From the human T2T-CHM13v2.0 reference genome, Homo sapiens, in assembly GCF_009914755.1 (NCBI RefSeq), contig NC_060947.1: 64,000 nt of DNA. One strand, written 5' to 3'. Numbering within the stretch: the first letter of the stretch is position 1; each line of letters opens with the position of its first letter. Below the pieces are notes generated by a model, which was not told the DNA's origin, searched no databases, and worked only from the letters and a program-made list of their open reading frames with translations. Below, in pieces: positions 35,320 to 53,690 of this stretch. The position numbers and the translations under genes were made by a program.

Positions 35320-36829
35320 AATAAATGACTTTATAAAGTCTCTGCCCCCACGTCTGTCCCTGTTGCCAAAAGCAGGACTGAGAACTCCATTTTGACCAAG
35401 ATTCCTTCCTTTTTAAATAAACTGTCTTTAAAAAAAACAATAATAATGTTTCCCTAATTGCAGCATTTTAAAAAATGTTAAATATATGGAATTTTAAACT
35501 ACATAGAAGGTCAAAGAACTTTCTTGCTCTGGCATCACTTTGCAGTAAGTAAATCAGCCCCTTTGCAATCTTACAACTTTTATTTCAGTGCCTGCAAGCC
35601 CTACCACCACTGGTTAATATTTTTTAATACAATATATTTTGTCAACTGCTTGTAGAATGTACCAATACCATTTTAATGAAGAAGGTGTGAACAAAACACA
35701 ACTTCTTTGATGGCTCACCAAGCTTCCAAGTTAAAAAAAAAAGTGGAGATGCGTGCTTGATCATATCTAATTACCACTTAATCTTGTTAACTGAAAACCT
35801 GTGGAATAAGAAAGGAACTCACTCATATTTTTAATCAAATGACAAGAAATATTAGTAACTGGCCCTTCTCTACTTATCCCTACTGTGATCACATTTCCCT
35901 TTATCTCATTCAGTGACAGACAGGGAAGCCCACTGGAGGCTGAGAGATATTTCTCCTAGCTTTGTAGCCCCATGTTTTACATATTGCAGAATTCTAATCA
36001 TCCCACCAGTTACTGTTCACTTTATTAACTGCTTGAAGTTTAAAGCTGGAACCTTTTAAACTTTGTGTAAAAGTTTAAAAGTCCTGAAAAGAATCTTTTT
36101 TGTCGTCAAAATTATTGAAATCATTGGAACTCCAATCTTTGGAAAACCTTTTACTCTAAATGTTCAGGTATAATTTAGGCAGCAAGGAATCAAAGTAATG
36201 TTCATCCCATTTCCAAAATGCTCTCTCCAAGATTAGAATTCAACAATTTCCTAAATATCTCCTCAAAATTGTGTCCGTTTCCGCCCTTTTTTGCCTCTCT
36301 TCTTTCCTTCTGAAAATCCTGTTTTAAAAACACAAATGGTCTTCTTTTGACTATTATGTAACTCTCTATTTTAATGCAATTGAGAAGTTAATAATGACAT
36401 AAGAATTTTACAGAATATAATGAAAGACATCTGACCTGTGAATTTATAGATTGGAGCCACCTATGAATCATGCTATAGTTTCCAGGGTTTAATATTTCTT
36501 CACTGTCTTATAAAGTGAACTAGGTGGGAATGATCCCATCTCTAACATTTTTAAGAAACTTGTTATAGTTTCCGATTTTTTGATATACCATTCATTGATT
36601 AAACAAACACTGACTAGGAAAACAATTCTTAAAAGTGTATGAGAATGTCTAAAAGAGAGCTCAAACTTGTATGTGGCAGAGAAGAGGGTGGTGTTGACAA
36701 AGGGTTCCCTAAGAAACCCTGTCCCTAAATGGTAAATTGGAACTTGCCAATGTCAGTGAGCAGGGAAGGGAGGTTCAGAGAGTTATTTCATTTAGTTATC
36801 TGGGGATATTAATTAAATCTGTTTAGTCA

Positions 36830-38790
36830 TACCTCAAATTTGTATTGAGCTCCTACTAGGTACCAGGCGCTTTGTTAGCTGTTAAAGATACACTAATGAA
36901 CAAAGCACATTAAGATCCCAGCCTAGTGAATCTTATCATCTGGTGTGGAAGTGTTATGAACACATAAATTGTCACATTGAGAAGTACTATGCAAGAAATA
37001 AACAGGCTGCTGTGTCACAGAATAACAGGGGAGAACTCTTGAAGAGAAGACTTTTAAGATAAATGTTAAGAAGTCAGCCTCTGTGAAATTGCATTTCAGG
37101 CAGCATACAAAGGTCCTGATACATTTCGTGAGGTCAGTGCACAGTAATGAGGCCCATATGGCTGGAGCATGATGGGTTGGGAGAAGAAATATAGTGGAGC
37201 TGAAGATGAAGAGGTAAGTCAGGGTTTATTCTAAGTGAGATGTTTTAAGGAAGAGATGACATGATAATGTATGTCTTTAGGTCACTTGACTTTGCCATGT
37301 GGAGTATGAATTGGAGAAACAAATGTAGAAGCAAGGCCAGTTAGGAGGCTATTGCAGCAGTCCAAACAACAGAGGATGGTGGCTTGGACTTGAATGGTGA
37401 CAGTGGAGATGGAAAAATGAGACAGTGTTGAGGTAAATTCTGAAAACAAAACTAACAAGTCTTACTAATGACTTGAATATAGAAAATAAGGTTGAAAAAA
37501 AAAACAAAGATGACTCCCTGTTTCCTGTCATGAGCCACTATCTTCTGGACAGGGTGCAGAATCAACAGTTCTTTATTGGCCATTTTAGGTTTGAGGTGTC
37601 TGAGATATAGCAATGTGATGTCAAGCAGGCAACTGACTACATAGATTTGAACCACTGAGGAAAGTGTTGAGCTAAAGATAAGGGTTATATGGCTACAGAT
37701 TAGCGGTTCTCAATCCTGGCTGCAAATGAGAATAACCCAGGAAGGCTTTAAAACTACTAAAGCCCCAGTCTAATATATCTGTAGAGCTTGTGACTTAATT
37801 GGTCTGGAATGGACATTGGCATTTTTCAAAAGATCCGTAGGTGACTCTATATGCAGCCAGGATTGAGAGGCATTGACAAAAGTAGAAATGGATGAGCTCT
37901 CCAAAGGAGAAAGTATATAGAGAGATGAGGAACAGAAATGAGACCTAAAGAGCAAAGTTTATCAAAAGTATGATTCATAAGCCATCTACATCATAATCTT
38001 TTGGAGTGTTGCTTAAAGATAAAAATTCCTAGGCTTCATCCAGAACTATTATATCAGAAACTCTTGAGAATAAGCCCTCAAAATCTTCCATCTTAACAAG
38101 CTTTCCAAGTGATTTTAATGTACATTAAAATTTGAGAACTATTTATTTAGAAGTAGAATAGGAGTACCCAGGGGGATAAGGAAACAAACTGGGATACAAT
38201 AGGGTACAAAAAGCTGAGAAAAAAGAATCTTTCAAAGAGGGTGGACTCAACTGAGATGAAAGCTGCTGAGAGGTCAAAAAAGGTGAGTATGAAGCGACCA
38301 TATCTGGCAACATGGAGTTCATGATGATTCAGCAATCATTTTCAGTGAGATGAAGTAGGAAGCTAAAATAGAGTGTGTTTAAGAATGAGTGGAAGGTGAT
38401 GAAGTGGAAACAGCATATATATAGTACTCTTTTAAGAGACTTGGGTTTGAAGACCAGCAAAAAAACAAGCCAATTGCTTGAAGTATTGTGGGAATTTTAT
38501 GGTCATTTTCAAATGGGAGATACTAGCATGTGCTTTCATGCTGAATGTAACAACCCAGGTAGAGAGGGGGAATCAAAGATTCAGGAAGAATAATCACCCC
38601 CAAAAATGAAGTACTTAGTTGTTTATTTAGAGAATATGTGCCTTTGATAAGTAGAAAGACACATCTTCCATTGTAACCATACTGAATAATCCAATAGGTG
38701 TAAGGGTAGTTAAGTTTGTAAGTGGGAATATTAGGGGGTTCCCAACTGATGGTTTTTCAATGAGGTGTAAGGCAAATTCATCAACTGAGA
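36830..38790 (-). mobile_element. LINE-2 fragments with nested MER5-type DNA elements (~37701-37875 and ~37950-38140)
   Basis: L2 antisense motifs (ttaggaggctattgcagcagtcc, gctgctgagaggtc); MER5 ends gcggttctcaatcctggctgc...gcagccaggattgaga. Confidence 0.6.
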
Positions 38791-39631
38791 ACGCAGGATA
38801 AATTTTTTTAAGGGTATAAATTACTTCTGGTTGGCCCACTGAGATAGCATTCCAGCTCAGAAATCAAGTGTCCTTTAAGAACCATATTATTTTGTTGCTA
38901 AGGAAGTTATCTTAGTACTTTTTGGCTTAAAGTCATCTCTTTTACATTATGGGGAAAGTCTGCAATTTCAACTGAGCAACTGCTAGACTTTTAAATAGAT
39001 GATACTTGTTTACAAAACAAGTTTGGTAGCTGCCTACAGGTAATCCTGCAGATGAACAATGTAAAACCTCCATCTGAATTAGGATATAATTTTCACAACA
39101 AAATATCTCTGGCCAGGTATATGTTTAAAATACCCAACTGAAGGAAACTTACTTTGCATGAGATGCTATGCTAGGCAATCTGTGCAATTCTCATTTCATC
39201 TACTCAATTCTGTGTAGTACTGTAGCCATGTAGAGGGTGAAATTAACAAAGTTTCATAGCTAGTAAAAGAACTGGGCATTAAAGCATTTGTCCTACTGCA
39301 AAGCCTGTACTCTGCACAATATATAACAGTGTTTACTACATTTAAGGTTCAGCAAATGCAGTACTGAATGATGTCCAAAGCCTAGAGAAAATAACAATCT
39401 AGGTGCATTAATGTATTCCTTGTCTGCCAGGAGGCTCATAACTAAATTTTAAACAAAATCATAATAATTTACTTTAGCTTGGGTTTTCTGCTATATTTGT
39501 TCTCCCATCCCATTCATTACTTGGCTCTTCTTTATCAACTAGTTATATGGGATGGACATAGAGGTTATTGATTGCTTTTATTTCAAACAATCTTATTATT
39601 TTTAAAAGTAAGTGAGGTATAGACCAAATAG

Positions 39632-40240
39632 AGTCTTAGTCTGTTGGGGATACTATAACAGAGTATCATAGACAGGATGGCTTATGAACAACAGGAATTT
39701 ATTTCTCACAGTTCTGGAGGCTAGAAAGTCCAAGATCAAGGTGCTGGAAGATTTGGTATCTGGTGAGGGTCTGCTTCCTAGTTCATAGATTTGTCTTCTT
39801 GTTGTGTCCTTGTCAGAAGGCGTAAGGGAGCTTTCTGAGGTCTCTTAAAGATGAGGGCACTAATCACGTTCATGAAGGTTCTGCCCTCATGACCTAATCA
39901 ACTCCCAAAGGCCCCACCTCCTAATACCATCGCAATGGGGGGAGGGGTTGTTAGCATTTCAACATATGAAACTGGGGGAGATACAGAGAGTCAGTCAAGA
40001 GTATTCTGTCACTGATGCCCGCCAAATTCCTGTCCTTCTCACATGCAAAATACATTCATTCCATCCCAATGACCCCAAAAGTCTTTACTCATTTCAGCAT
40101 CAACACAAAAGTCTAAAGTCTAACATCTCATCTAAATATCTAAATTAGATATAGGTGAGACTCGAGACATGATTCTAAGGAAAATTCCCCTCCAGCTGTG
40201 AATATGTGAAATCAAACATGTTATGTATTTCCAAAGCACA
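39632..40240 (-). mobile_element. MST-type MaLR LTR plus part of the internal region
   Basis: atttatttctcacagttctggaggctagaaagtccaagatcaaggtg...ctcatgacctaatca...ccccacctcctaataccatc, then an internal-like sequence. Confidence 0.7.
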
Positions 40241-40241
40241 A

Positions 40242-40809
40242 TGTCATTAGAGTCTGGGTTCTACAGAGAAACAAAACCAATAGGATATACAGACATATAT
40301 AAAAAAGAGATTTGTTATGAGGACTTGGCTCACACAATTATGAAGGCTGAGAAGTCCCATGATCTGCCATCTGCCCAGGAGCCCACATGATTATGGAGGC
40401 TGAGAAATTCCATGATCTAACATCTGTCTGCTCAGGAAAGCTAACGGCGGACTCCAGTGCAAACTCCAAAGCCTGAGAACCAGGGGAGGCAATGGTATAA
40501 GTTACAGTACAAATCCAAAGGCTAAGAACAAGGAGCACTGATGTCTGAGGGCAGGGGAAGATGGATGTCCAAGCTTAAGTAGTGATAGCAAATTCAACTT
40601 TCTTCCACCTTTTTGTTCTCTTAGGGCCTTCAATGGAGTGAATGATGCCCAACCACATCGATGAAGGTGATCTTCTTTACTCAGTCCACTGATTCAAATG
40701 CTAATCTCTTCTAGAACCACCCTCCCAGACACACACAGAAATAATGTATTACCAGCTACTTGGGCATCCCCTCATTCAGTCACGGTGATACACAAAATCA
40801 ACCACCACA
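40242..40809 (-). mobile_element. MLT2-type ERVL LTR
   Basis: gggttctacagagaaacaaaaccaatagg...gattcaaatgctaatctcttc...aaccaccaca. Confidence 0.75.
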
Positions 40810-41178
40810 GTAAGTAATAATCTCTGTAATTTACATTTTTAAGAGTCATAGAAGGCTTAGAAAGAACTCTTAAACAAAGCACTCCATACAGAATAATCCA
40901 ATGACTATGAGCCTCCTGAGGGTAATGATACCTGTCTTAATCACCGGTAAATACCTGGCATTTCTACAGAATGCTTGACACAAAAAAGGTACTCAGTATT
41001 TCCTGAATGATTTGCAACTGAAGTGTTGAAACATGCCATGGAATGTACTGTTTATTATTTCAAAGATGCAATTTCATCAAATTTCTCAATATATTAAAAT
41101 TTATATTAAATATTATAATGCAAATATGTATATGGTCTAATACCCTGTGGAGGTATACACAGAAAACAGATATATACA

Positions 41179-42295
41179 TTTTTTTTTAACTTTTAAGTTC
41201 AGGGGTACATGGGCAGGTTTGTTATACAGGTAAAACTGTGTCATGGAGATTTATACAGATTATTTCATCATCCAGGTATTAAGCCTAGTAGCCATTAGTT
41301 ATTTTTCCTGATCCTCTCCCGCCTCCCATTCTCCACCCTCCAATAGGCCCCAGTGTGTGTTGTTTCCCTTTATGTGTCCATATTTTCTCATCATTTATCT
41401 CCCACTTTTAAATGAGAATACACAGTATTTGATTTTCTGTTTCTCATTAGTTTACTAAGGATAATGGCCTCTATCCATATCTCTACAAAGGACATGATCT
41501 CGTTCTTTTTTAGGGCTACATAGTATTCCATGGTGTATATGTACCACATTTTCTTTATCTAGTCTATCACTGATGGGCATTAAGTTTATTCCATGTCTTT
41601 GCTATTGCTGGGATAACTGGCTAGCCACATGCAGAAAACTGAAACTGGACTCCTTCCTTCCACCGTATATAAAAATTAACTCAAGATGGATTAAAGATTT
41701 AAATATAAAACACAAAACTATAAAAACGCTAGAAGACAATGTAAGCAATATCATTGTGGACATAGGAATGGACAAAGATTTTATGACGAAGATGCCAAAA
41801 GCAACTGCAATAAAAGCAAAACTTGACAAATGGGATATAATTAAACTAAGGAGCTTCTTCACAGCAAAGGAAACTATCAGCAGAGTAAACAGACAACCTA
41901 CAGAATGGAGAAAATATTTGCAAACTATGCATGTCACAAAGGTCTAATATCCAGCATCTATAAGGAACTTGAACAAATTTACAAGAAAATAAAACATTAA
42001 AACGTAGGCAAAGGACATGAACAGACATTTTTCAAGATAAGACATACATGTGGTCAACAATCATGAAAAAAAGCTCAACATCACAGATCACTAGAAAAAT
42101 GCAAAACAAAACCACAATGAGATGCCATCTTATGCCAGTCAGAATGGCTATTAATAAAAAGTAAAAAAAAAAAAAAACAGATGCTGGTGTGGTTTCAGCA
42201 AACAAGGAACACTTATACACTGTTGGTGGGAATGTAAATTAGTTCAACCATTGTGGAAGACAGTGTGGCAATTCCTGAAAGATATAAAAACAGAA
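41179..42295 (-). mobile_element. 5'-inverted (twin-primed) older L1PA
   Basis: Poly(T) and antisense 3' end at 41179-41607 joined to a sense ORF2 segment at 41606-42295; TSD acagaaaacagatata at 41159-41174 / 42290-42305. Confidence 0.88.
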
Positions 42296-42394
42296 AACAG
42301 ATATAACACTTTTCAAAAACAAATATAACTTAATCCACAAACTAAGCAGGCATAATTAATTCCTTAGAAGGGACACAGAACTTTATTTCCCACA

Positions 42395-42640
42395 GGCGAT
42401 GTGGTAGAACAAACATTCTTTGATGTGGCAAAGGCTCGGAATCCTAGATTTTACACCTACAACATGGGTAAACTTGAGCAGATTACTTAACCTCTGGCCT
42501 GTTTCCTCATCTGTAAAAGTAGCATGAGAGTACTCTTCTCATAGTGTTATTCTGAGGATCACACAAGATAATACTTAAAGCATACAGTACAATGCTATGT
42601 ACATATGTATTAATAAGAACTCAATAAATCTTGGGTTTTA
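42395..42640 (+). mobile_element. MIR SINE
   Basis: ttgagcagattacttaacctct...gtttcctcatctgtaaaa...ctcaataaat. Confidence 0.75.
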
Positions 42641-42894
42641 TTATTCAGCAGTCCCACTTCATCCCTTTAGCAATAAAACATACTTCTATCTAGTCTGCCT
42701 AAAAGACACTTAGGTGTAGGTCATAGGACTAAACAAGATAATCTGTGGCATTTTTCTCTTTCATTCCTGTGGATCAACCAAACTGAAAAGTACAGAAGCA
42801 ACATTAAAGAGACATGTTGGTTTATAAAAATATCCAGTGGAGAGAAAAACATTTCCATTTGTATTCATCAGCTGCAGGTTTGCCATAGGAAGAA

Positions 42895-46821
<3,927 letters not shown>

Positions 46822-46937
46822 TGCCATGTTCTGAATGTGTCCACCTCCAAAATTCATATGTTGAAACCTAATTCCCAGCATGATGGTACTAACCTGGACT
46901 TTTGGAAGGTAATTGGTTTATAAGGATGGAGCCCTCA
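46822..46937 (+). mobile_element. MLT1A-type LTR, 5' part
   Basis: ctgaatgtgtcc...aaaattcatatgttgaaacctaat...ggagccctca; split by an L1 insertion. Confidence 0.75.
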
Positions 46938-49900
46938 GGGAGAGGCCAAGATAGCCAACTAGAAACAGCTGCAGTCAGAGGCTCCCGCAAGAACAGAAAT
47001 GGTGAGTGAATCCTGCACAGGCAACTGAGGTACACAGGTTCTCTCACTGGGACTGAGTAGGCGACTGCTGCAACCCACGGAGAGCAAGAAAAAGCAGGGT
47101 GGTGCAATGACCCACCTGGGAGCCACACAGGGCAAGAGGAGCTCCCACCCCCAACCAAGGGAGGCAGTGAGTGATCCTGCTATCCCACCCAGGAAACCAG
47201 ACTTTTTCCACACGTTTGCACAACCCAAGGATCAGGATATCCTCATTGTGAGCCCATGCAAATAGAGCCTTGGGTCCCAAGGACAGCTGTGCAGATTCTC
47301 AGTGGCCACTTGGCTGGAGACTGCCTAAGTCTACCAAGTTCCCAGGGGGAGGGACAGCCATCATCACTCTGGCTGCCTGCTGCCTAAGATGACTGAGCTC
47401 CTGCAGGGATGGGTTGCCACCATCATTGTAGCTCTAGGCTGCCATTTTTCTCCTGCTGGTACCAGGGAGACTAAACAGTTTGAAACCAGGAGGAATTCCC
47501 CACAGTGCAGCACAGTGGTTACAGCAGATCACGGTCAGACTGCTTCTTTAGGCCGGACCCTGACCCATCCCTCCTCACCGACAGGGCCTCCATGCAGGAA
47601 TTTCAGCAACTCCAGCCAGGTGTTTAGGGACAGAACTCTGATCTCCCTGGTACTGAGCCCCTGTGGGGAGGGGTGGCCAAAATCTATGCGGATCAGCAGA
47701 CTTAGTCTTTCCTCCTGCTGGCTCTGAAGAATCTGGGCAGTCTGGATAAGTGGGACTGCCCCCAGTGCAGCACACTCCATCTGCCAAGGGGCAGCCAGAG
47801 TGCTTTGTTAAGCGGGTCCCAGATCTCGTGCCTCCTAACTGGGTGAGACCCCTAAACAGGGGCCACCAGATCACCAGACACCTTATACAGGAGTGTTCCT
47901 GCTGTACCAGTGCCCATCTCGGATGGAGACCCCAGAGGGAAAAGCAGGCAGCCATCTTTGCTGTTTTGCAGCCTCCACTGGTAACACCTCCAGGAGTGAG
48001 AGGGACTCAGGAGAATAGGGTCCGAAGTGGACCCCCAGCAAATCGCAGCAGCTATGGAAGAGGGGCCTGACTGTTAAAAGAAAAACAAACAGAAAGCAAC
48101 AACAACAACAAAATCAACAAAAAAGTCCCCACAAAAACCTCATCCAAAGGTCAGCAGCCTCAAAGATCGAAGCTAGATAAATTCACGAAGATGAGAAAGA
48201 ATCAGTGAAAAAACGATGAAAATTCAAAAAGCCAGAGTACTTCTCCCCCAAATGATCACAACGCTTCTCCAGCAAGGGCACAGAACTGGGTGGAGGCTGA
48301 GATGGATGAATTGATGAAAACAGGCTTCAGAAGGTGGATAATAACAAACTTTGTAATAAGAGAGTAAGACAAGATTAGAGAAAAAAGAATGAAAAGGAAT
48401 GAACAAAATCTCCAAGAACTATGGGATTATATAAAAAGACTGAACCTATGACTGATTGGGGTACCTGAAAGAGATGGGGAAAACAGAATTAAGTTGGAAA
48501 ACATACTTCAGGATATCATCTAGGAGAACTTCCCCAACCTAGCAAGACAGGCCAGTATTCAAATTAAGGAAATCCAGAAAACCCCAGTAAGATACTTCAT
48601 GAGAAAATCAACCCCAAGACACAAAATCATCAGATCCTCCAAGGTTGAAATGAAGGAAAAAATGTTAAGGACAGCCAAAGAGAAAGGCCAGGTCACCTAC
48701 AAAGGGAAGGCCATCAGACTAACAGCAGACCTCTCAGCAGAAACCCTACAAGTCAGAAGAGACTGTGGGCCAATATTCAGCATTCTTAAAGAAAATAATT
48801 TCCAACTCAGAATTTCACATCTGGCCAAACTAAGCTTCATATGTGAAGGAGCAATAAAATCCTTTTCAGACAAGCAAATGCTGAGGGAATCAGTTACCAC
48901 CAGGCCTGCCTTGCAAGAGCCCCTGAAGGAAGCACTAAATATGGAAAGGAAAAACTGCTACCAGCTGCTATAAAAACACACTAAAGTACAAAGACCAATG
49001 ACACTGTGAAGCAACTACATCAACAAGTCTGCAAAATGACCAGCTAGGATCATAATGACAGGATCAAATTCACATGTAACAATATTAACCTTAAATGTAA
49101 ATGGGCGAAATGCCCCAATTAAAAGACACAGAATAGCAAGCTGGATAAAGAGTCAGGATGCATCGGTGTGCTATATTCAAGAGACCCATCTCATGCACAA
49201 AGACACACATAGGCTCAAAATAAAGGGATGGAGGAAAATTTAACAAGCAAATGGAAAACAGAAAAAAGCAGGGGTTGCAATCCTAGTTTCTGACAAAACA
49301 GACTTTAAACCAACAAACATCAAAAACGACAAAGAAGGGCATCACATAATGGTAAAGGGTTCAATTCAACAAGAAGAACTAACTATCCTAAATATATATC
49401 CACCCAATACGGGAGCAACCAGATTCATAAAACAAGTTCTTAGAGATCTACAAAGAGACATAAACTCCCACACAATAACAGTGGGAGACTTTAACACCCC
49501 ACTGTCAATATTAGATCATCAAGACAGAAAATTAACAAGGGTATTCAGGACTTGAACTCAGCTTTGGATCAAGTGGACCTGATAAATATCTATAGAATTC
49601 TCCGCCCCAAAACAAAAGAATATACATTCTTCTTGGTGCCACATGGCACTTACTCTAAAATCAATACAAAATTGGAAGTAAAACACTCCCCAGCAAATGC
49701 AAAATAAACTGAAATAATAACAGTCTCTCAGATCACAGAGCAAACAAATTAGAACTCAAGATTAAGAAACTCACTCAAAACCACGAAACTACATGGACAT
49801 TGAACAACCTGCTCCTGAATGGCTCCTGGGTAAATAATGAAATTAAGGCAGAAATCAGGAAGCTATTTGAAACCAATGAGAACAAAGAGACAACATACCA

Positions 49901-52900
49901 CAATCTCTGGGATACAGCTAAAGCAGTGTTAAGAGGGAAATTTATAACACTAAATGCCCACATCAAAAAGCTAGAAAGATCTCAAATTGACACACTGACA
50001 TCAGAACTAAAACAACTAGAGGATAAACAGCAAACAAACCCCAAAGCTAGCAGAAGACAAGAAATAAACCAAGATCAGAGCAGAACTGAAGAAGATAGAG
50101 GCATGAAAAGCCATTCGAAAAATCAACAAATTCAGGAGCTGGTTTTCTGAAAAAGTTAATAAAATAGATAGACTGCTAGGTAGACTAATAATGAAAAGAA
50201 AAGAATCTAAGAGAGACAATAAAAATGATAAAAGGGATATGACCACTGATAACTCAGAAATACAAACAACTATCAGAGATTACTATAAACACCTCCATGC
50301 AAATAAACTAGAAAATCTAGAAGAAATGGATAAATTCCTGGACATATACACCCTCCCAAGACTGAACCAGGAAGATGGAATCCATGAATAGACCAATAAT
50401 AAGTTCTGAAATTGATGCAGTAATAAATAGCCTAGCAACCAAAAAAAAAGCCCAAGACCAGATGGATTTACAGCTGAATTATACCAGAGAGATACAAAGA
50501 GGAGCTGTTACCATTTCTTCTGAAACTATTCCAAACAATTGAAAAGGAGGAATTCCTCCTTAACTCATTTTATGAGGCCAATATCATCCTGATACCAAAA
50601 CCTGGCAGAGATACAACAACAACAACAACAACAACAGCAGCAGCAACAACAACAACAACACTTCAAGCCAATAACCCTGATGAACATCGATGCAAAATTC
50701 CTCAGTAAAATACTGGCAAACCAAATCCAGCAGCACATCAAAAAGCTTATCAATACGATCAAGTCAGCTTCATCCCCAGGATGCAAGCTGGTTCAACATA
50801 CGCAAATCAATAAAAGTAATTCATCACATAAACGGAACTAAAGACAAAAGCCACATGATTATCTCAATACACGCAGAAAAGTCCTTTGATAAAATTCACC
50901 ATCCCTTCACGTAAAAAAATCTCAATAAACTAAGTATTGATGGAACATACCTCAAAATAATAAGAGCCATTTATGACAAAGCCACAGTTAATATCATACT
51001 GAATGGGCAAAAGCTGGAAGCATTCCCCTTGAAAATCCACACAAAACAAGGATGCTCTCTCTCACCCTCCTATTCAACACAGTATTAGAAGTTCTGTCAC
51101 GGAAATCAGGCAAGAAAAAGAAATAAAAGGTATTCAAATAGAAAGAGAGGAAGTCAAACTGTCTCTTTTTGCAGATGACATGATCCTATATTTAGAAAAC
51201 CCTATTGTCTCAGCCCAAAAGCTTCTTAAGATAAGCAACTTCAGCGAAATCTCCAGAAACAAAATCAATGTGCAAAATTCACAAGCATTCCTATATACCG
51301 ATAACAGACAAGCAGAGAGCCAAATCATGAATGAACTCCCATTCACAATTGCTACAAAGAGAATAAAACACCTAGGAGTACAGCTAACAAGGAAGGGAAG
51401 TGAAGGACCTCTTCAAGGAGAACTACAAACCACTGCTCAAGGAAATCAGAGAGAACACAAACAAATGGGAAAACATTCCATACTCACAGATAAGAAGAAG
51501 AAATACTGTGAAAATGGCCAAACTGCCCAAGGTAATTTATAGATTAATTGGTATTCCCATTAAACTACCATTGACACTCTTCAAAGAATTAGAAAAAAAA
51601 CTACTTTAAAATTAATATGGAACCAACAGAGAGCCCACATAGCCAAGACAATTCTAAGGCAAAAGAACAGAGCTGGAGGCATCACGCTACCTGACTTCAA
51701 ACTATACTGCAAGCCTACAGTAACCAAAACAGCATGGTACTGGTACAAAAACAGACACATAGACCAATGGAACAGAATAGAGATTTCAGAAATAAGACTG
51801 CACACCTACAACTATCTGATCTTCAACAAAGCTGACATAAACAAGCCAATGGGGAAAGGATTCCCTATTTAATAAATGGTGCTGGGAAAACTGGCTAGCC
51901 ATATGCCAAAAATTGCAACTGGACTCCTTCCTTACACCTTATACAAAAAATAACTCAAGATGGATTAAAGACTTAAATATACATCCCAAAACGAGGAAAA
52001 CCCGAGAAGAAAATCTAGGAAATAGTATTCAGGACATAGGCACAGGCAAAGATTTCATGATGAAAACATCAAAGGCAATTGCAAGAGAAGCAAAAATTCA
52101 CAAATGGGATCTAAATAAACTAAAGAGCTTCTGCACAGCAAAATAAACTATCATCAGAGTGAACAGACAACCTACAGAATGGGAGAAAATTTCTGCAATC
52201 AATCCATCTGACAAAAGTCTAATAGCCAGAATCTACAAGGAACTTAAACAAATTTACAAGAAAAAAAGAAACAACCCCATTAAAAAGTGGGCAATGGACA
52301 TGAACAGACACTTCTCAAAAGAAGACATTTATGTGGCCAATAAGAGAAACACAAATCAAAACCACAATGAGATACCCTCTTGTGCCAGCCAGAATGGCAA
52401 TTATTAAAAAGTCAAGAAACAACAGATGTTGGCAAGGTTGTGGAGAAATAGGAACACTTTTACACTGTTGGTGGGAAGGCAAATTAGTTCAACCATTGGG
52501 GAAAACAGTGTGACGATTCCTCAAAGACCTAGAACCAGAAATATAATTTGACCTAGCAATCCCATTATTGGGTATATACCCAAAGGAATATAAATCATTC
52601 TATTATAAAGACACATGCATGCATATGTTCACTGAAGCACTATTCACAATAGCAAAGACATGGAATCAACCCAAATGCCTATCAATGATAGACTGGATAA
52701 AGAAAATGTGGTACATGTACATCATGGAATACTATGCAGCCATAAAACGGGATGATATCATGTCCTTTGCAGGGACATGGATGGAAATGGAAGCCATTAT
52801 CCTCAGCAAACATACGCAGGAACAGAAAACCAAACACCACATGTTCTTGCTTATAAGTGGAAGCTGAACAAAGAGAACAAATGGACACAGGGAGGGGAAT

Positions 52901-53101
52901 AACATACACTGGGGCCTTTCAGGAGGTAGGGAGTGGGGAGGGAGAACATCAGGATAAATGGCTACTGCATGCGGGGCCTAATATCTAGGTGATGGGTTGA
53001 TAGGTGCAGCAAACCACCATGGCACATGTTTATCTATGTAACAAACCTGCACGTCCTGTACATGTACCCCAGAACTTAAAATTAAATTAAGTTAAAATTT
53101 A
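46938..53101 (+). mobile_element. Near full-length older L1PA (about L1PA8-L1PA11), disabled
   Basis: 5' end ggccaagatagccaactagaaacagctgc; ORF1 remnant with an internal deletion near 48355; ORF2 from 49055 (MTGSNSHVTILTLNVNG) fragmented; 3'UTR ending agaacttaaaattaaa; degenerate TSD. Confidence 0.92.
50614..50658 (+). repeat. (CAA)7(CAG)3(CAA)5 compound trinucleotide repeat inside L1 ORF2
   Basis: Direct reading. Confidence 0.9.
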
Positions 53102-53358
53102 AAGAATGAAGGAACCGTCATGAATGGCATTTGTGCCCTTAGGAGGCCGAAGGGAACTTGATTGCCCCTTCTGCCATGTGAGGACACAATGAGAAAGCAT
53201 CATCTATTAACCAGAAAGTGGGCCCTTACCAGACACCAAGTCTGCCTGTGCCTTGATCTTGGATTTCTCTGCTTCCAAAACTGTGAAAAATAAAATTCTG
53301 TTATTTATAAGCTACAAAAGTTATATGGTATTTTGCTATAGCAGGCTGAATAGACACA
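53102..53358 (+). mobile_element. MLT1A-type LTR, 3' part
   Basis: catgaatggcatttgtgccctta...gccatgtgaggacaca...ccttgatcttgga...tatggtattttgctatagcag. Confidence 0.8.
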
Positions 53359-53690
53359 GTTGTTTCCAGGGTTTAGGGCTAGGGGAAATGGGTCAAAAGG
53401 TGTAAAGTTTTAGTTATGCAGCATGAATAAGTTCTAGATATCTAATGAACAGCATGGTGACTATAGTTAGTAATATTATATTGTATACTTTAAATTTGCC
53501 AAGAGGGTAGATCGTAAATGTTTTCACCACCAAAAAAGAAAGGTAATACTTTGAGGTGATGGATATGTTAATTAGCTTGATAAGCGTTATCATTTCACAA
53601 TGTATACATATATCAAACATCAGGTTGTATAGCTTAAATATATAATTTTTATTTGTCAATTATACTTCAATAAAGCTAGAGAAAAATGAA
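53359..53690 (+). mobile_element. L1MA/MB 3' end
   Basis: atgaataagttctag...cagcatggtgactatagtt...tcaattatacttcaataaagct. Confidence 0.8.

Noticed and set aside
40330-40430. ~50-bp direct repeat (attatgaaggctgagaagtcccatgatct)
   Set aside because: Small internal duplication of an old MLT2 LTR with no sign of function
50565-50786. Poly-cysteine ORF
   Set aside because: Antisense reading of the CAA/CAG microsatellite inside L1
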